Virus record (IMG/VR): IMGVR_UViG_3300035491_000281
Strand: one strand, 5' to 3'
Length of the DNA: 64,000 nt
Source of the DNA: a virus
Taxonomy: Duplodnaviria > Caudoviricetes
A program made the position numbers and the translations under genes. The first letter of the stretch is position 1. Every line of letters starts with the position of its first letter. Positions 19,179 to 28,316 of the stretch are shown here, one piece after another. The notes below the pieces were generated by a model. The model made no database searches. It was given only the letters and a program-made list of their open reading frames with translations, and was not told the DNA's origin.

Positions 19179-21068
19179 ATGGCCGTTAACGACCGTAATG
19201 AGCAGAACCAATCCACCACCCAGCAGGCCGCTCCGCAAGCGCAGCCGCAACAGCCGTACGCTAGCCAGGCCGGTGTCGGCGCCGGCGTAGGTCAGCCGCA
19301 CGTCGGCATGGGTAACATCAACCAGGTCCTGCGTCGCAGCGGCACCTACGACAGCAGCGAGACCCACAGCGCCGAAGCCCTGCGTGGTCTGAAGGAAGCG
19401 GCCCGCCAGGCCCTCGAAGCCCAGCGTCTGACCGACGACTTCGAACTGATCCGCTTCGACCGCGACGCCAACCGCGTTGGTCTGAGTGCCATCCTGGTGA
19501 CCAAGTTCGTCAAGAGCTCGGGCACCGTTTACGCCGCCGTGCGTACCCTGCTGCTGGATTCCGAAGGCGTGCGCCTGAAGCCGAAGGTTGAGCAGTACGG
19601 CGCTCAGCGTATCGAACTGCCGACTCGCCCGCAGGACGTGTTCAACGACGTCTACTGGGGTCGCCTCACCGACTTCCTGCGTCGTCAGCGTGGCATGAAC
19701 GACCTGGTGGTCGTCGACGCCGGCCCGCTGGTCGTGCCGACCGACTTCGACTTCAAGGACGAGCTGGCCACCAGCCGCCTGCTGATCACCAGCGTCAACC
19801 GCTGCGATGACATCAAGGCCAAGGTGCAGGGCGAAGTACCGTTCAACGCCGCTCAAGTCAAGCGTGCCGATGAGCGCCTGACCGCGCGCATCGACCTGAC
19901 TGGCGAGCCGAGCTACAACGTCGTCGGTGAGCCGGTACGTTCCGACATCCTGATCAACATGAACCGCACCAGCGCCCAGGCGTCCCAGGAGGAGGACTAC
20001 TACGAGCGTGAAACGCAGTTCAACTCCGTGGCCGGTTTCGTCAACCTGGAATACACCCCGGCACCGGTGGTGCAGCAGGTTCCGGGCTGGGGTCAGCAGC
20101 CGCAGGGTCCGCAGCCTATCTTTACGCCCACTTTCGTCATCACTGACGTGAGCCAGGCGGACTGGATTCAGGCCCAGACTCCTGAGCTGTACTGGCTGGC
20201 ACTCTCCAACGCCTACCGCGTCACTGCCGGCACCCAGTGGGTGAAGGCGTTCCTGCCGCAAGTGGGCCGCAAGGGTGTTGACCCGCGCGACATCGGCGCT
20301 CTGGGCTACCTGACCCAGGCCGGTGCCAAGATCGAGACCAAGTCCGACTCCTTCACGGAGCAGGACTTCATCGAACTCATGGGCGCGCTGGTCAAGCCGC
20401 AGCCGAGCTTCCTGATCGACGTCAATCCGGTCGGCGACCATGCTGCTATCGAGAACTACCTGATCGATGCGGCGTTCGAAGGTCCCAACCAGGCCAAGGC
20501 GATCCAGAAGCTGATCCAGGCAGCCGACAACCTCACCGGTGGTCGTTTCAGCGCGCACTTCAATGCGCGTGAGAACGCCCTGGTCGTTCCGTACGGTCAG
20601 GAAATCCACCTGGGTCACTACATCGGCGAAGACGGCGAGAAGCGCGACATCCGCGACCTCGACGTGCTGGCAATGCTGAACCTGACTCAGGGTAACGTCG
20701 GTGACTTCATGGAGTGGTACCGCACCCTGTGCGACACCTCCATCCCGCATGCCCTGCGCCTGCAGCAGCGTGAGCGTTTCGAGCGTCAGTTCCTCAGCAA
20801 GTCGCTGAAGATCACTGGTCGCGCGGTGCGCCTGCTGTTCACTCCGCAGTGCATCGAGGCTCTGGATCTGGCCACTCGCGAAGCCGGCGTCACTGTCGAC
20901 TTCGAGAACATGACCAGCATCATGGGCGGTCAGCGCTTCACCGGCAACACCATGGTCGGTCAGTACACCGTCAGCCGCAGCGCCAACATGGGCTACGGTC
21001 AGCCGGCCGGTGCCAGCTACAACCCCGCTGCCTACGGTGGCGTGACTGGTAGCGGTCGCCTGTACTGA
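19179..21068 (+). CDS. chmA: Chimallin, major phage nuclear shell protein
   Basis: 629 aa with a Q-rich N-terminus. Motifs LIRFDRDANRVGLS, SVNRCDDI, QTPELYWLALSNAYR, RDIGALG, KRDIRDLDVLAMLN and GQRFTGN match the 201phi2-1/phiKZ chimallin pattern. It lies directly upstream of the nvRNAP beta' gene. Confidence 0.93.
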   Translation: MAVNDRNEQNQSTTQQAAPQAQPQQPYASQAGVGAGVGQPHVGMGNINQVLRRSGTYDSSETHSAEALRGLKEAARQALEAQRLTDDFELIRFDRDANRVGLSAILVTKFVKSSGTVYAAVRTLLLDSEGVRLKPKVEQYGAQRIELPTRPQDVFNDVYWGRLTDFLRRQRGMNDLVVVDAGPLVVPTDFDFKDELATSRLLITSVNRCDDIKAKVQGEVPFNAAQVKRADERLTARIDLTGEPSYNVVGEPVRSDILINMNRTSAQASQEEDYYERETQFNSVAGFVNLEYTPAPVVQQVPGWGQQPQGPQPIFTPTFVITDVSQADWIQAQTPELYWLALSNAYRVTAGTQWVKAFLPQVGRKGVDPRDIGALGYLTQAGAKIETKSDSFTEQDFIELMGALVKPQPSFLIDVNPVGDHAAIENYLIDAAFEGPNQAKAIQKLIQAADNLTGGRFSAHFNARENALVVPYGQEIHLGHYIGEDGEKRDIRDLDVLAMLNLTQGNVGDFMEWYRTLCDTSIPHALRLQQRERFERQFLSKSLKITGRAVRLLFTPQCIEALDLATREAGVTVDFENMTSIMGGQRFTGNTMVGQYTVSRSANMGYGQPAGASYNPAAYGGVTGSGRLY

Positions 21069-21086
21069 GTGATCAGCCAGCGGTAG

Positions 21087-21118
21087 AGAGAGGAGCCTTC
21101 GGGCTCCTCTCTTTTTTT
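21087..21118 (+). terminator. Intrinsic terminator after chmA
   Basis: AGAGAGGAGCC-TTCG-GGCTCCTCTCT followed by TTTTTT. Confidence 0.85.
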
Positions 21119-21151
21119 GTTCCGTTTACCCTTTCGAAGAGCGAGAAACAG

Positions 21152-22600
21152 ATGGGTATTTATGCAGAGCTCGTTGACTTCGACGATGAATTTGCGCAGT
21201 TGGATATCGAACCGATTGTGGTCAACGACTACAACACGAGTATCCCTGAGGAAAAAGCGGCCTTAGATCGCCACCTCTTCACCCATTACCAAGACACCGA
21301 CACCATCGAGCATTCCGCGTCCTGTGACTGCGGCACCCTGACTGGGGTGTACAGCATCGGGGTTAAGTGCACGGTCTGTAACAGCGTGGTGCAGGGTACC
21401 ACTGACAAACCAATCGAGTCGATTCTGTGGATCAGAGCTCCTGAGGGCGTGCGGGGATTGTTCAATCCCGAGGCCTGGATGATTCTGGAACCGGTGCTGA
21501 AGGTCAAGGACTTCAACTTCCTGGAATACATGACCAACACCGGCTACCGCTTCGAGCAGGACCGGATCGTCTCTAAGGAAACCCTTCGTAAGATCGACAA
21601 GTTGCAAGCACGCAATTTCCAGCGTGGCTACAACTACTTCATCGAGCACTTCGATGAGATTATGGAGTTCTTCTTCAACTCCGGGATTGTCGATTCTAAC
21701 AAGGCCAACAAAACCGAACTGTGGTTGTTCATTCAACAGAACAAACATAAGTTCTTCCCCAAACACCTACCGATCCCCTCGCGGATCTGCTTCGTGGTGG
21801 AATCCACCACCTCGGGCGTGTACATCGACAAGCCGTTGGGTCTGGCGATGGATGCGGTGCTAACCATGGCCAGCATTCGGTCCACGGCGTATCCGCTGAA
21901 GTCGATCGTGATCCAGAATCGAGTGGCCAAAACCATTCGCGAACTGGCCAGGTTCTACGACACCTACACCAAGCAACGTCTGTCGAAGAAACCCGGGATC
22001 TATCGTCGCCATGTGTTCGGCTCACGCTTGCATTTCAGTGGTCGTGCGGTGATCTCCAGTATCAGCGACCCGCACGACTACGATGAACTGCATATCCCTT
22101 GGGGGATGGCTGCCCAGTTGTTCAAGTACCATTTGATCAACAAGCTGCTCAAGCGTGGCTACACCGCCAACGCCGCGTTGGAATTTATCTACAGTCATGT
22201 ACTGCAGTACAATGCGCTGTTGGATGAATTGTTCCGAGAACTGATTGCGGAAGCACCGCAGGGTGGGATACCCTGTATGTTTCAGCGAAATCCCACACTC
22301 CAGCGTGGCTCCACTCAGCAGTTCCGGATCACCAAGGTCAACACCAACATTCACGAGAACACCGTGGCCATGTCGGTGATGTGCCTGCGTGCCCCTAACG
22401 CGGACTTCGACGGCGACCAGCTCAATCTCATCCTGATCCTGGACAATGAACTGCGGGCAGCGACCAGTCGCCTGGCGCCCCACCTCTGGGTGATGTCGCC
22501 GGACGACCCGCACGAGCTATCCGGTAACCTGGAGTTGCAGGGTCCGGTGGTGGATACGGTGGTCAGTTGGCTGCACGCAGATTACTTACCTGAAACTTAA
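21152..22600 (+). CDS. nvRNAP beta' N-terminal subunit (phiKZ gp55-like), uninterrupted
   Basis: Zn motif SCDCG...KCTVC, FSGRAVIS, QRNPTLQRGS and catalytic NADFDGD. Confidence 0.92.
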   Translation: MGIYAELVDFDDEFAQLDIEPIVVNDYNTSIPEEKAALDRHLFTHYQDTDTIEHSASCDCGTLTGVYSIGVKCTVCNSVVQGTTDKPIESILWIRAPEGVRGLFNPEAWMILEPVLKVKDFNFLEYMTNTGYRFEQDRIVSKETLRKIDKLQARNFQRGYNYFIEHFDEIMEFFFNSGIVDSNKANKTELWLFIQQNKHKFFPKHLPIPSRICFVVESTTSGVYIDKPLGLAMDAVLTMASIRSTAYPLKSIVIQNRVAKTIRELARFYDTYTKQRLSKKPGIYRRHVFGSRLHFSGRAVISSISDPHDYDELHIPWGMAAQLFKYHLINKLLKRGYTANAALEFIYSHVLQYNALLDELFRELIAEAPQGGIPCMFQRNPTLQRGSTQQFRITKVNTNIHENTVAMSVMCLRAPNADFDGDQLNLILILDNELRAATSRLAPHLWVMSPDDPHELSGNLELQGPVVDTVVSWLHADYLPET

Positions 22601-22609
22601 GGAGGGCGT

Positions 22610-23233
22610 ATGGCCACCTATGTACAAGGCGGCGCCGACCTGATCGACGCATTGGGTGGCGGCCTGCCGGACGAGTCCACGAAACAGTGGTTTGCCCAGC
22701 ACACACAAGCGGTGACCCAAACCCTGAGTGCTACCGGTCAGGCCTTCTTCGAGCGGGCTCGGACGATGTACCAGACCATCTCCGAAAGCCAGGCATTGCA
22801 GATGCTGCGGAACCTGCGCAACAAGATGGACGATGTTTGGTCAGGTAACAAGATCCAACCGCTACAGACCCTGGCGGCACTGCAGACCGCCGGGCCAATC
22901 ATGCAGCGGTGGGTGATGGCCGAACCTACACTGCGGGCGCGTTACCTGAACCAGGAAGTGGAAGGTTATGGCGAGAACTATACCAACTACCACGGCGATG
23001 CGGTCGGTGAGAGTCATTTTGACTACCGTCGGGTGATGAACGGAGTGGTGGTCGTGCCGGAAGACGATTCCAAAGAATTTGTCCTGCGGCATTACTACGA
23101 TCCGCTCAGCGACGATGAGCGAGAGCTCACGCTGTACGAGAAGATCGATATCCTCAACACCTGGGATCTGGTCAAGAGCCTACTGGAGGAGGGAGGTGAA
23201 GACCCCACTAGCCAGTACGGCGCCATGTTGTAA
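22610..23233 (+). CDS. Conserved Chimalliviridae core protein (gp59-like by synteny)
   Basis: AAGGAGG SD, follows the beta' gene. Confidence 0.6.
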   Translation: MATYVQGGADLIDALGGGLPDESTKQWFAQHTQAVTQTLSATGQAFFERARTMYQTISESQALQMLRNLRNKMDDVWSGNKIQPLQTLAALQTAGPIMQRWVMAEPTLRARYLNQEVEGYGENYTNYHGDAVGESHFDYRRVMNGVVVVPEDDSKEFVLRHYYDPLSDDERELTLYEKIDILNTWDLVKSLLEEGGEDPTSQYGAML

Positions 23234-23294
23234 CCCGGCGGGGGTGGGCTCCGGCCCACCTCCCTTATGCCCGTGGGTGGAATGAAATCACTTT

Positions 23295-23308
23295 GAGATC
23301 TATATCAC
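23295..23308 (+). promoter_or_regulatory. Putative early promoter GAGATCTATATCAC
   Basis: Exact consensus copy in intergenic DNA upstream of the 23411 operon. Confidence 0.6.
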
Positions 23309-23410
23309 GTACGTAGTAACTTGGGTTACATCGTCGCTTTCTTTTAGATCCCTCTACTTCGGTAGAGGGGCTCTTTACTTGACTTTGTTTTTTCGCCGCG
23401 AGGGGATGCC

Positions 23411-23875
23411 ATGAGTGGTATAAGAATACGGGGACCAGCCAGTATTGGCCTGGAAATGGCCGAGGCCTTGGAGTTGTTCTTTGACGAAACCCCACCTCCC
23501 TTCGAGCAGGTGATACGGGAACAAGACCAGATCGAGGCGATCTGGCTCTGCCGGATATACCGCGGTAAGGGTGATCGCATGAAGTATCTCATCGACAGTC
23601 TACAGCAGCGGCTAGTGCCGACCGCTGCGGGGTCGATCCCGCGCTACGACATGTGTAAGGTTCTCTTTGACCTGCTGCATCAAGGAGTCTTCCGCTTTTG
23701 GTACTTGCAGTACACCGATCGGTTGGTCCGGGGTCCGGCGGTAAAACCCAAAGACCTCATCGCCCAGCTGAACATTCGTCTAGTCAAACACTCGCGTCCC
23801 GATCATCGATACTTGGAGTTGGGGGAGCTTAAAGCTGGATTGGCCACCCCGTATCCGTCACTGGCGTGCCACTAA
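23411..23875 (+). CDS. Hypothetical protein
   Basis: 154 aa, GAGGGG SD. Confidence 0.55.
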   Translation: MSGIRIRGPASIGLEMAEALELFFDETPPPFEQVIREQDQIEAIWLCRIYRGKGDRMKYLIDSLQQRLVPTAAGSIPRYDMCKVLFDLLHQGVFRFWYLQYTDRLVRGPAVKPKDLIAQLNIRLVKHSRPDHRYLELGELKAGLATPYPSLACH

Positions 23876-23930
23876 TCGCAACAGAAAAGTCTAGGGTTGG
23901 CGATAGTATGCTAACCAAGAGGAGACACCC

Positions 23931-24335
23931 ATGGGTACGTCGATTCCAACCTTGTCCAGCAAGGGCTGGGTCAAGACCATCGAGGAAAAGGGCGACTTTG
24001 CCCTGTCGTATTTCATCACCACCGAACAGTCGCAGTCGGTGCTCTACCAGGGTAAGCTGATTTCACTGCAGTACCTGGTCCAGCGTTACGGCAACGACGA
24101 GGTCACTCTTCAGGCCGAAGTAGGTAAAGCCCTGGAGCAGTTGATGCGCGGGTACTTTGGCGAGTCGGTTGATGCCGTGGTTGATGTGGCCGAAGCTGAC
24201 CCCAACAAACCCGGGCAGCTGACCATCACGTTCCGCTGTATTGTCCGTGAAGACGGGCGCGAGCATTCATTAGGGCGTCGAGTGCAGTTCCTGAACTCGA
24301 AGCTGGTTGACATCATCAAGATCAATAATGGGTAA
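23931..24335 (+). CDS. Conserved protein, possibly T4 gp25-like baseplate wedge subunit
   Basis: AAGGAG SD, 134 aa. The alpha/beta pattern (LEQLMRGYF...VDVAEADPNKPGQLTITFRCIV) resembles the gp25 fold; this is inferred. Confidence 0.4.
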   Translation: MGTSIPTLSSKGWVKTIEEKGDFALSYFITTEQSQSVLYQGKLISLQYLVQRYGNDEVTLQAEVGKALEQLMRGYFGESVDAVVDVAEADPNKPGQLTITFRCIVREDGREHSLGRRVQFLNSKLVDIIKINNG

Positions 24336-24340
24336 CTGTC

Positions 24341-24814
24341 ATGAGCACTGAAAACACCGAGATTCTCACCCCCTCCGAAGAAACCCCGGAGCAGCGCCAA
24401 GAGCGCCGTATTGCCGCTTTGGAAAAGCAGGTAGCCCTGCTGGAAGAGACGGTCCTCAACATTGTCGGTGACCTCAAGGACCACGGCAGCCGCACCCTGG
24501 AAATGCTGGGGCTCTCCCTGGTGCAGACTGCCCGTCGGCAACGCCAGGTGGCAGTGCAGAAGGTAAAACCCGAGTTCAGCATTGCGGCGGTCCCGTCGGA
24601 GGAGGCCCAGACCGAGCACACGATGCTTATGCGCCAAGACGTCGAGGGTAATATCCAGCTGCTGGCTATGGTTGAGGGCGACTGGAAGGAAGTCCATTTC
24701 CCAGAGCTGAACCCAGCCCTGCTGCAACAGTACTATCACAGCCATGCCACGGCCGATGAACCGGTGGTCATGGTCAACATCTACAAGGTGGACAAGAAGG
24801 AGCCGACTGCGTGA
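24341..24814 (+). CDS. Hypothetical protein
   Basis: Coupled ORF with a coiled-coil-like N-terminus. Confidence 0.65.
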   Translation: MSTENTEILTPSEETPEQRQERRIAALEKQVALLEETVLNIVGDLKDHGSRTLEMLGLSLVQTARRQRQVAVQKVKPEFSIAAVPSEEAQTEHTMLMRQDVEGNIQLLAMVEGDWKEVHFPELNPALLQQYYHSHATADEPVVMVNIYKVDKKEPTA

Positions 24815-25362
24815 GCTCGAAAACCCACGAAGAGCTGCTGCTGGGTAATGCCCCGGAAATGATCCTGGCTGGCGAGCAGCGCCGCAACCCCACAATCACC
24901 GAGGCCTTGTTCGAGCAGGAGGTTCTTCCTATTCTGGAAAACCCTTTTGGCGAGGATGCCCTTGCCGCTTACGGACGTTACGTAGGTGAGCTGACGAAGC
25001 CCCTTAAGGTGTTGGATAACGAGGACCTGGACAAGGTCCTCTTTACCGTACCTGCGCTGGTGCAATCGCCGGTGACCACCATTCCCACCGGGCGCGGGAT
25101 GAGCGCAGAGATGTTCCTGCGCAGCCTGAGTCGCGACGTCGATCTGGGTGGACGCCATGTCAACGCCAAGATCCTCAACTTCATGACGCACATGACCAAG
25201 GTTCCGGATTACGTGGAGGTGGTGATCAAACCCATTCAGGAGATCCTGGCCCGTTACAACCGCCGTTTGACTGCAGTACCTGGGGTCGAGTCGACGGCAC
25301 CGACGGCACCGACCGTAGCCTCGTCCAGCGGGTCGAGCTTCACGGACGACTATGAAGACTGA
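24811..25362 (+). CDS. Conserved hypothetical protein (gp64-like by synteny)
   Basis: GTGA overlap, acidic C-terminus, precedes the SbcD-like gene. Confidence 0.6.
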   Translation: MSSKTHEELLLGNAPEMILAGEQRRNPTITEALFEQEVLPILENPFGEDALAAYGRYVGELTKPLKVLDNEDLDKVLFTVPALVQSPVTTIPTGRGMSAEMFLRSLSRDVDLGGRHVNAKILNFMTHMTKVPDYVEVVIKPIQEILARYNRRLTAVPGVESTAPTAPTVASSSGSSFTDDYED

Positions 25363-26497
25363 GGCCACTAAGACCCCGGGTGTGTTACGGATCAAGCAGG
25401 CGGGGGACATTCACCTGGGGCACCATCAGACCTCCACCGCTTCGATCATTGCCAACCTGGACCGGTACCTGACCAGCGACACCAGCTTGAAGGATGTGGA
25501 TATGCTGGTGCTGACCGGCGATATCTTCGACCGCCTGCTGCATAATGCCGATGACGCGGTCCACCAGATCAACCGGTGGGTCACTCGTCTGCTGTACCGC
25601 TGTGCCTATCTCGACGTGGTGCTCTGTGTGGTGGAGGGAACTCCTTCGCACGATCGGGGTCAGTCGCGGTTCTTTTGGGAACAGAAGCAAAACGCCAACA
25701 TCCCGGTGGAGCTACACTACGTCACGGAACTGGCGATTGTTCGTCTGGATCGGTTCGCCATCGACGTGTTGTTTGTTCCAGACAAATGGCGCCCGGATAC
25801 CACCGAGACCCTCGCCGAAGTGCGTCTGTTGATGAAACAGCGTGGGCTGGAGCAGGTGGATTTCGCCATCATGCACGGGGCCTTCGAGTACCAGTTACCG
25901 GCCATGGTACCCGAACCGACGCACGACAGCGCCGCATATCTGGAGTTGGTGCGCTACCTGATCATGATCGGTCATGTCCACCTCGCCAATCCCCGCGACC
26001 GCATTCTGCCGGCGGGGTCCTTCGATCGCCTCACGCACGGTGAGGAAGGCCCCAAAGGCTATTTCGATATTGAAGTGCGGGCCCCGGATGACTTTCGGGT
26101 GACCTTTGTCGAGAACAAAGGGGCGAAACGGTACGACACCCTGGCCCTGCACGGGCTCGACACCAAGGAGGCCAATGTCAAGATACGCAAACACCTCGAT
26201 GGCTTACCGAAGGGTAGTGCCATCCGGCTGCGCTGTGATGCCCATGACGCCGTCACCGGCGACCTGGACGGGCTGAAAAAGCTCTATCCGGATTACGAGT
26301 GGTCGCTCAAGATCGATGATAACAAAAAGAAAGAACGGGCGTCGGTGCTGGACACGTTCATGAAAATGGACATGTCGGAGTTTGTTCCCATCGACACCCA
26401 GTCCTTGGCGGGATTGGTCGGGCAGGAATTGGGTAAGTACAGTCCTGATACCGCAGTCACCGAGCGGTGTTTGCAGCGTTTAGCGGAGTTGATCTAA
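25352..26497 (+). CDS. SbcD/Mre11-like metallophosphoesterase nuclease (gp65-like)
   Basis: Motifs GDIHLGH, LTGDIFD, EGTPSHD, IMHG and MIGHVH. Confidence 0.88.
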   Translation: MKTEATKTPGVLRIKQAGDIHLGHHQTSTASIIANLDRYLTSDTSLKDVDMLVLTGDIFDRLLHNADDAVHQINRWVTRLLYRCAYLDVVLCVVEGTPSHDRGQSRFFWEQKQNANIPVELHYVTELAIVRLDRFAIDVLFVPDKWRPDTTETLAEVRLLMKQRGLEQVDFAIMHGAFEYQLPAMVPEPTHDSAAYLELVRYLIMIGHVHLANPRDRILPAGSFDRLTHGEEGPKGYFDIEVRAPDDFRVTFVENKGAKRYDTLALHGLDTKEANVKIRKHLDGLPKGSAIRLRCDAHDAVTGDLDGLKKLYPDYEWSLKIDDNKKKERASVLDTFMKMDMSEFVPIDTQSLAGLVGQELGKYSPDTAVTERCLQRLAELI

Positions 26498-27334
26498 ATG
26501 GAATACATCGAGCGTGAAACGGGGCAGTTCCCCCTGTCAATTGGGACCTCGTTGGCGCTGGAAGGTTTGTTTCAGATCCACCCCAACCAACCGCCGATCC
26601 CAACTGCTGGGCGGCGGGTGAACGCGCTGTGGGTGAACCTGCGGACCCTGATCCGTAACTTCTACGCGTCGATGAAGGCCGACCAGCAACGGTCGGCCCC
26701 AGTCAGTCAGGCAGTGGACCTTCTGGTAGAGGAGATTCGCAGTCTGCAGGACATCGTTCAACAACAGGGTAAGGGACGTTACCAGCTGGTGATTTATCAC
26801 AACGACCTGTCGGAGGTCCGCTGGCAATTTCCCCATGCCCATTACAAGGAGCCTAAAACCGAAAAACAAATTTACCAAGCCCACCTGGAAGCCACCGTGC
26901 TGAAACTGGTGCTGGATCAGGTGATTGAAGAGAAACTGCCAGTGGCTAATGTAGTAAAGCAACCGCCCACCACCCCGCAGGTGGCGGCGCTGCTGACGCA
27001 TTATCCGCATGAGTTGCTGTGGCGGTTTCAATTTGACAGCCTATTCCTGCTGGAATCACACACCGGTAAACTCAAGGGCTACAGCCAGTGGTGCAGTAAG
27101 CTAAACGGGTTGACCGTGGACCACCACATCCCCTTCAATGCGTTTACCCTGCAGCTGTTCGGTGAGGGCGTGCTGTTTAGTAGCTTCCCCAAGAAACTAC
27201 TTGATGAAGTAAAACAACTGGCCGGTAGCCGTAAATGGAGTGCGGTGACCACCATTGAGAAGATCCGGGACGACGTGAGTCGCTATGGCGGCGAGGTACT
27301 CCGCCAGACTTACGCCACCCTGATGTCACGCTGA
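26498..27334 (+). CDS. Conserved Chimalliviridae protein (gp66-like), possibly a nuclease fold
   Basis: Abuts the SbcD-like gene; WVNLRTLIRNF and ESHTG motifs; synteny. Confidence 0.55.
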   Translation: MEYIERETGQFPLSIGTSLALEGLFQIHPNQPPIPTAGRRVNALWVNLRTLIRNFYASMKADQQRSAPVSQAVDLLVEEIRSLQDIVQQQGKGRYQLVIYHNDLSEVRWQFPHAHYKEPKTEKQIYQAHLEATVLKLVLDQVIEEKLPVANVVKQPPTTPQVAALLTHYPHELLWRFQFDSLFLLESHTGKLKGYSQWCSKLNGLTVDHHIPFNAFTLQLFGEGVLFSSFPKKLLDEVKQLAGSRKWSAVTTIEKIRDDVSRYGGEVLRQTYATLMSR

Positions 27335-27452
27335 GAAACTTTACGCCCCAGCTTAATAATACGAGAACACCTACTCCTTCCCCAACGGCATTGCCTCAAA
27401 GGACCTATGGCGCCTTGACCGTGCCGCTTTCACAGACCTGGAGTCTACCCCC

Positions 27453-28181
27453 ATGAACGATCGCAACAATAATCGTCCGCCCATCGCGCCGAACCCGCTC
27501 GACGTCATGTCGACCTGGTTGTACGCCGACCCGGTGGCGGGCAGCAACAAGCGTCCCAACTTCCGCGTCAAGGTATTTGGTAACGTCCCTCGCCTGACCG
27601 TCAAGACCAACGTCCAGGACGACAAGAACAACGGCAAGATCGACTTCAACACCGATCTGGCCACGTTCGCGGTAATCTTGCACAAGCTGCGTGAAATTGC
27701 CGAAGGGCGTGACGAAAAATCCTACGCCTTCGAGTACGTCGATGACTTCGTCGCCGGTAAGAAGTTCGACAAACCGGTGACCCTGGCCACCGTCAAGATC
27801 GGCAAGGATCGCGACAGCGGTAAGGTGTACATCGCAGTGCTCGGCTACAACCGCCCTAAGATCCAGTTCTTCTTCGGTCCGTCCAAGTACCATGCCATGA
27901 AGCATGGCGACGGTAGTGAGGTCAGTGAAGCCGAAGTGTCGGCGGCCTACGCCGTGGGCTTCGTGTTGTCGATTGGCCCGCTGGTCCAGCAGCTGCTGGT
28001 CACCGAGTTCAATCCCGACGCCAAGAACGTCGCCAAGGCGCCGGTCCCGGGTCAGGGTGGTGGCGGTGGTGGCTACAACCGCAATGGCGGTGGTGGTGGC
28101 GGTTACAACCGCAACAACGGCGGCGGCAACAGCGCCCCGCGTGTCGACGACAAGGTCGACGACTTCGACGAGTGGCTGTAA
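27453..28181 (+). CDS. chmC: ChmC-like nucleus-associated RNA/ssDNA-binding protein (gp67-like)
   Basis: 242 aa, GGAG SD, compact N-terminal domain, Gly/Asn/Tyr/Arg-rich tail and acidic end DDFDEWL, directly upstream of the gp68-like gene. Assignment rests on synteny and architecture. Confidence 0.65.
   Translation: MNDRNNNRPPIAPNPLDVMSTWLYADPVAGSNKRPNFRVKVFGNVPRLTVKTNVQDDKNNGKIDFNTDLATFAVILHKLREIAEGRDEKSYAFEYVDDFVAGKKFDKPVTLATVKIGKDRDSGKVYIAVLGYNRPKIQFFFGPSKYHAMKHGDGSEVSEAEVSAAYAVGFVLSIGPLVQQLLVTEFNPDAKNVAKAPVPGQGGGGGGYNRNGGGGGGYNRNNGGGNSAPRVDDKVDDFDEWL
28057..28128 (+). repeat. Tandem coding repeat (G5-6YNRN)x2
   Basis: GGTGGTGGCGGTGGTGGCTACAACCGCAAT followed by GGCGGTGGTGGTGGCGGTTACAACCGCAAC. 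Confidence 0.8.
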
Positions 28182-28191
28182 GCAACTAAAT

Positions 28192-28217
28192 AGACCCCAG
28201 GGCTGTCCCTGGGGTCT
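28192..28217 (+). terminator. Hairpin after the chmC-like gene
   Basis: AGACCCCAGGG-CTGT-CCCTGGGGTCT, 11-bp stem, no U tract. Confidence 0.55.
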
Positions 28218-28246
28218 GTGCTCTTAAGTCCGATTGGAGTTGAAAT

Positions 28247-28260
28247 AAGATCTACATTAT
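28247..28260 (+). promoter_or_regulatory. Putative early promoter AAGATCTACATTAT
   Basis: Variant of the recurrent motif upstream of the gp68-like gene. Confidence 0.5.
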
Positions 28261-28316
28261 CAAATCGAAGGTCCACAACGAAGGACACGTGTTTAATACA
28301 GACGAGGCCAACCGAA

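Noticed and set aside
19047-20750. 567-aa minus-strand ORF opposite chimallin, and similar long antisense ORFs at 535-1590, 5091-6335, 29814-31484, 60025-61227 and 62962-63897
   Set aside because: These are shadow ORFs caused by the strong codon bias of highly expressed + strand genes. They lack SD sites and recognisable motifs.
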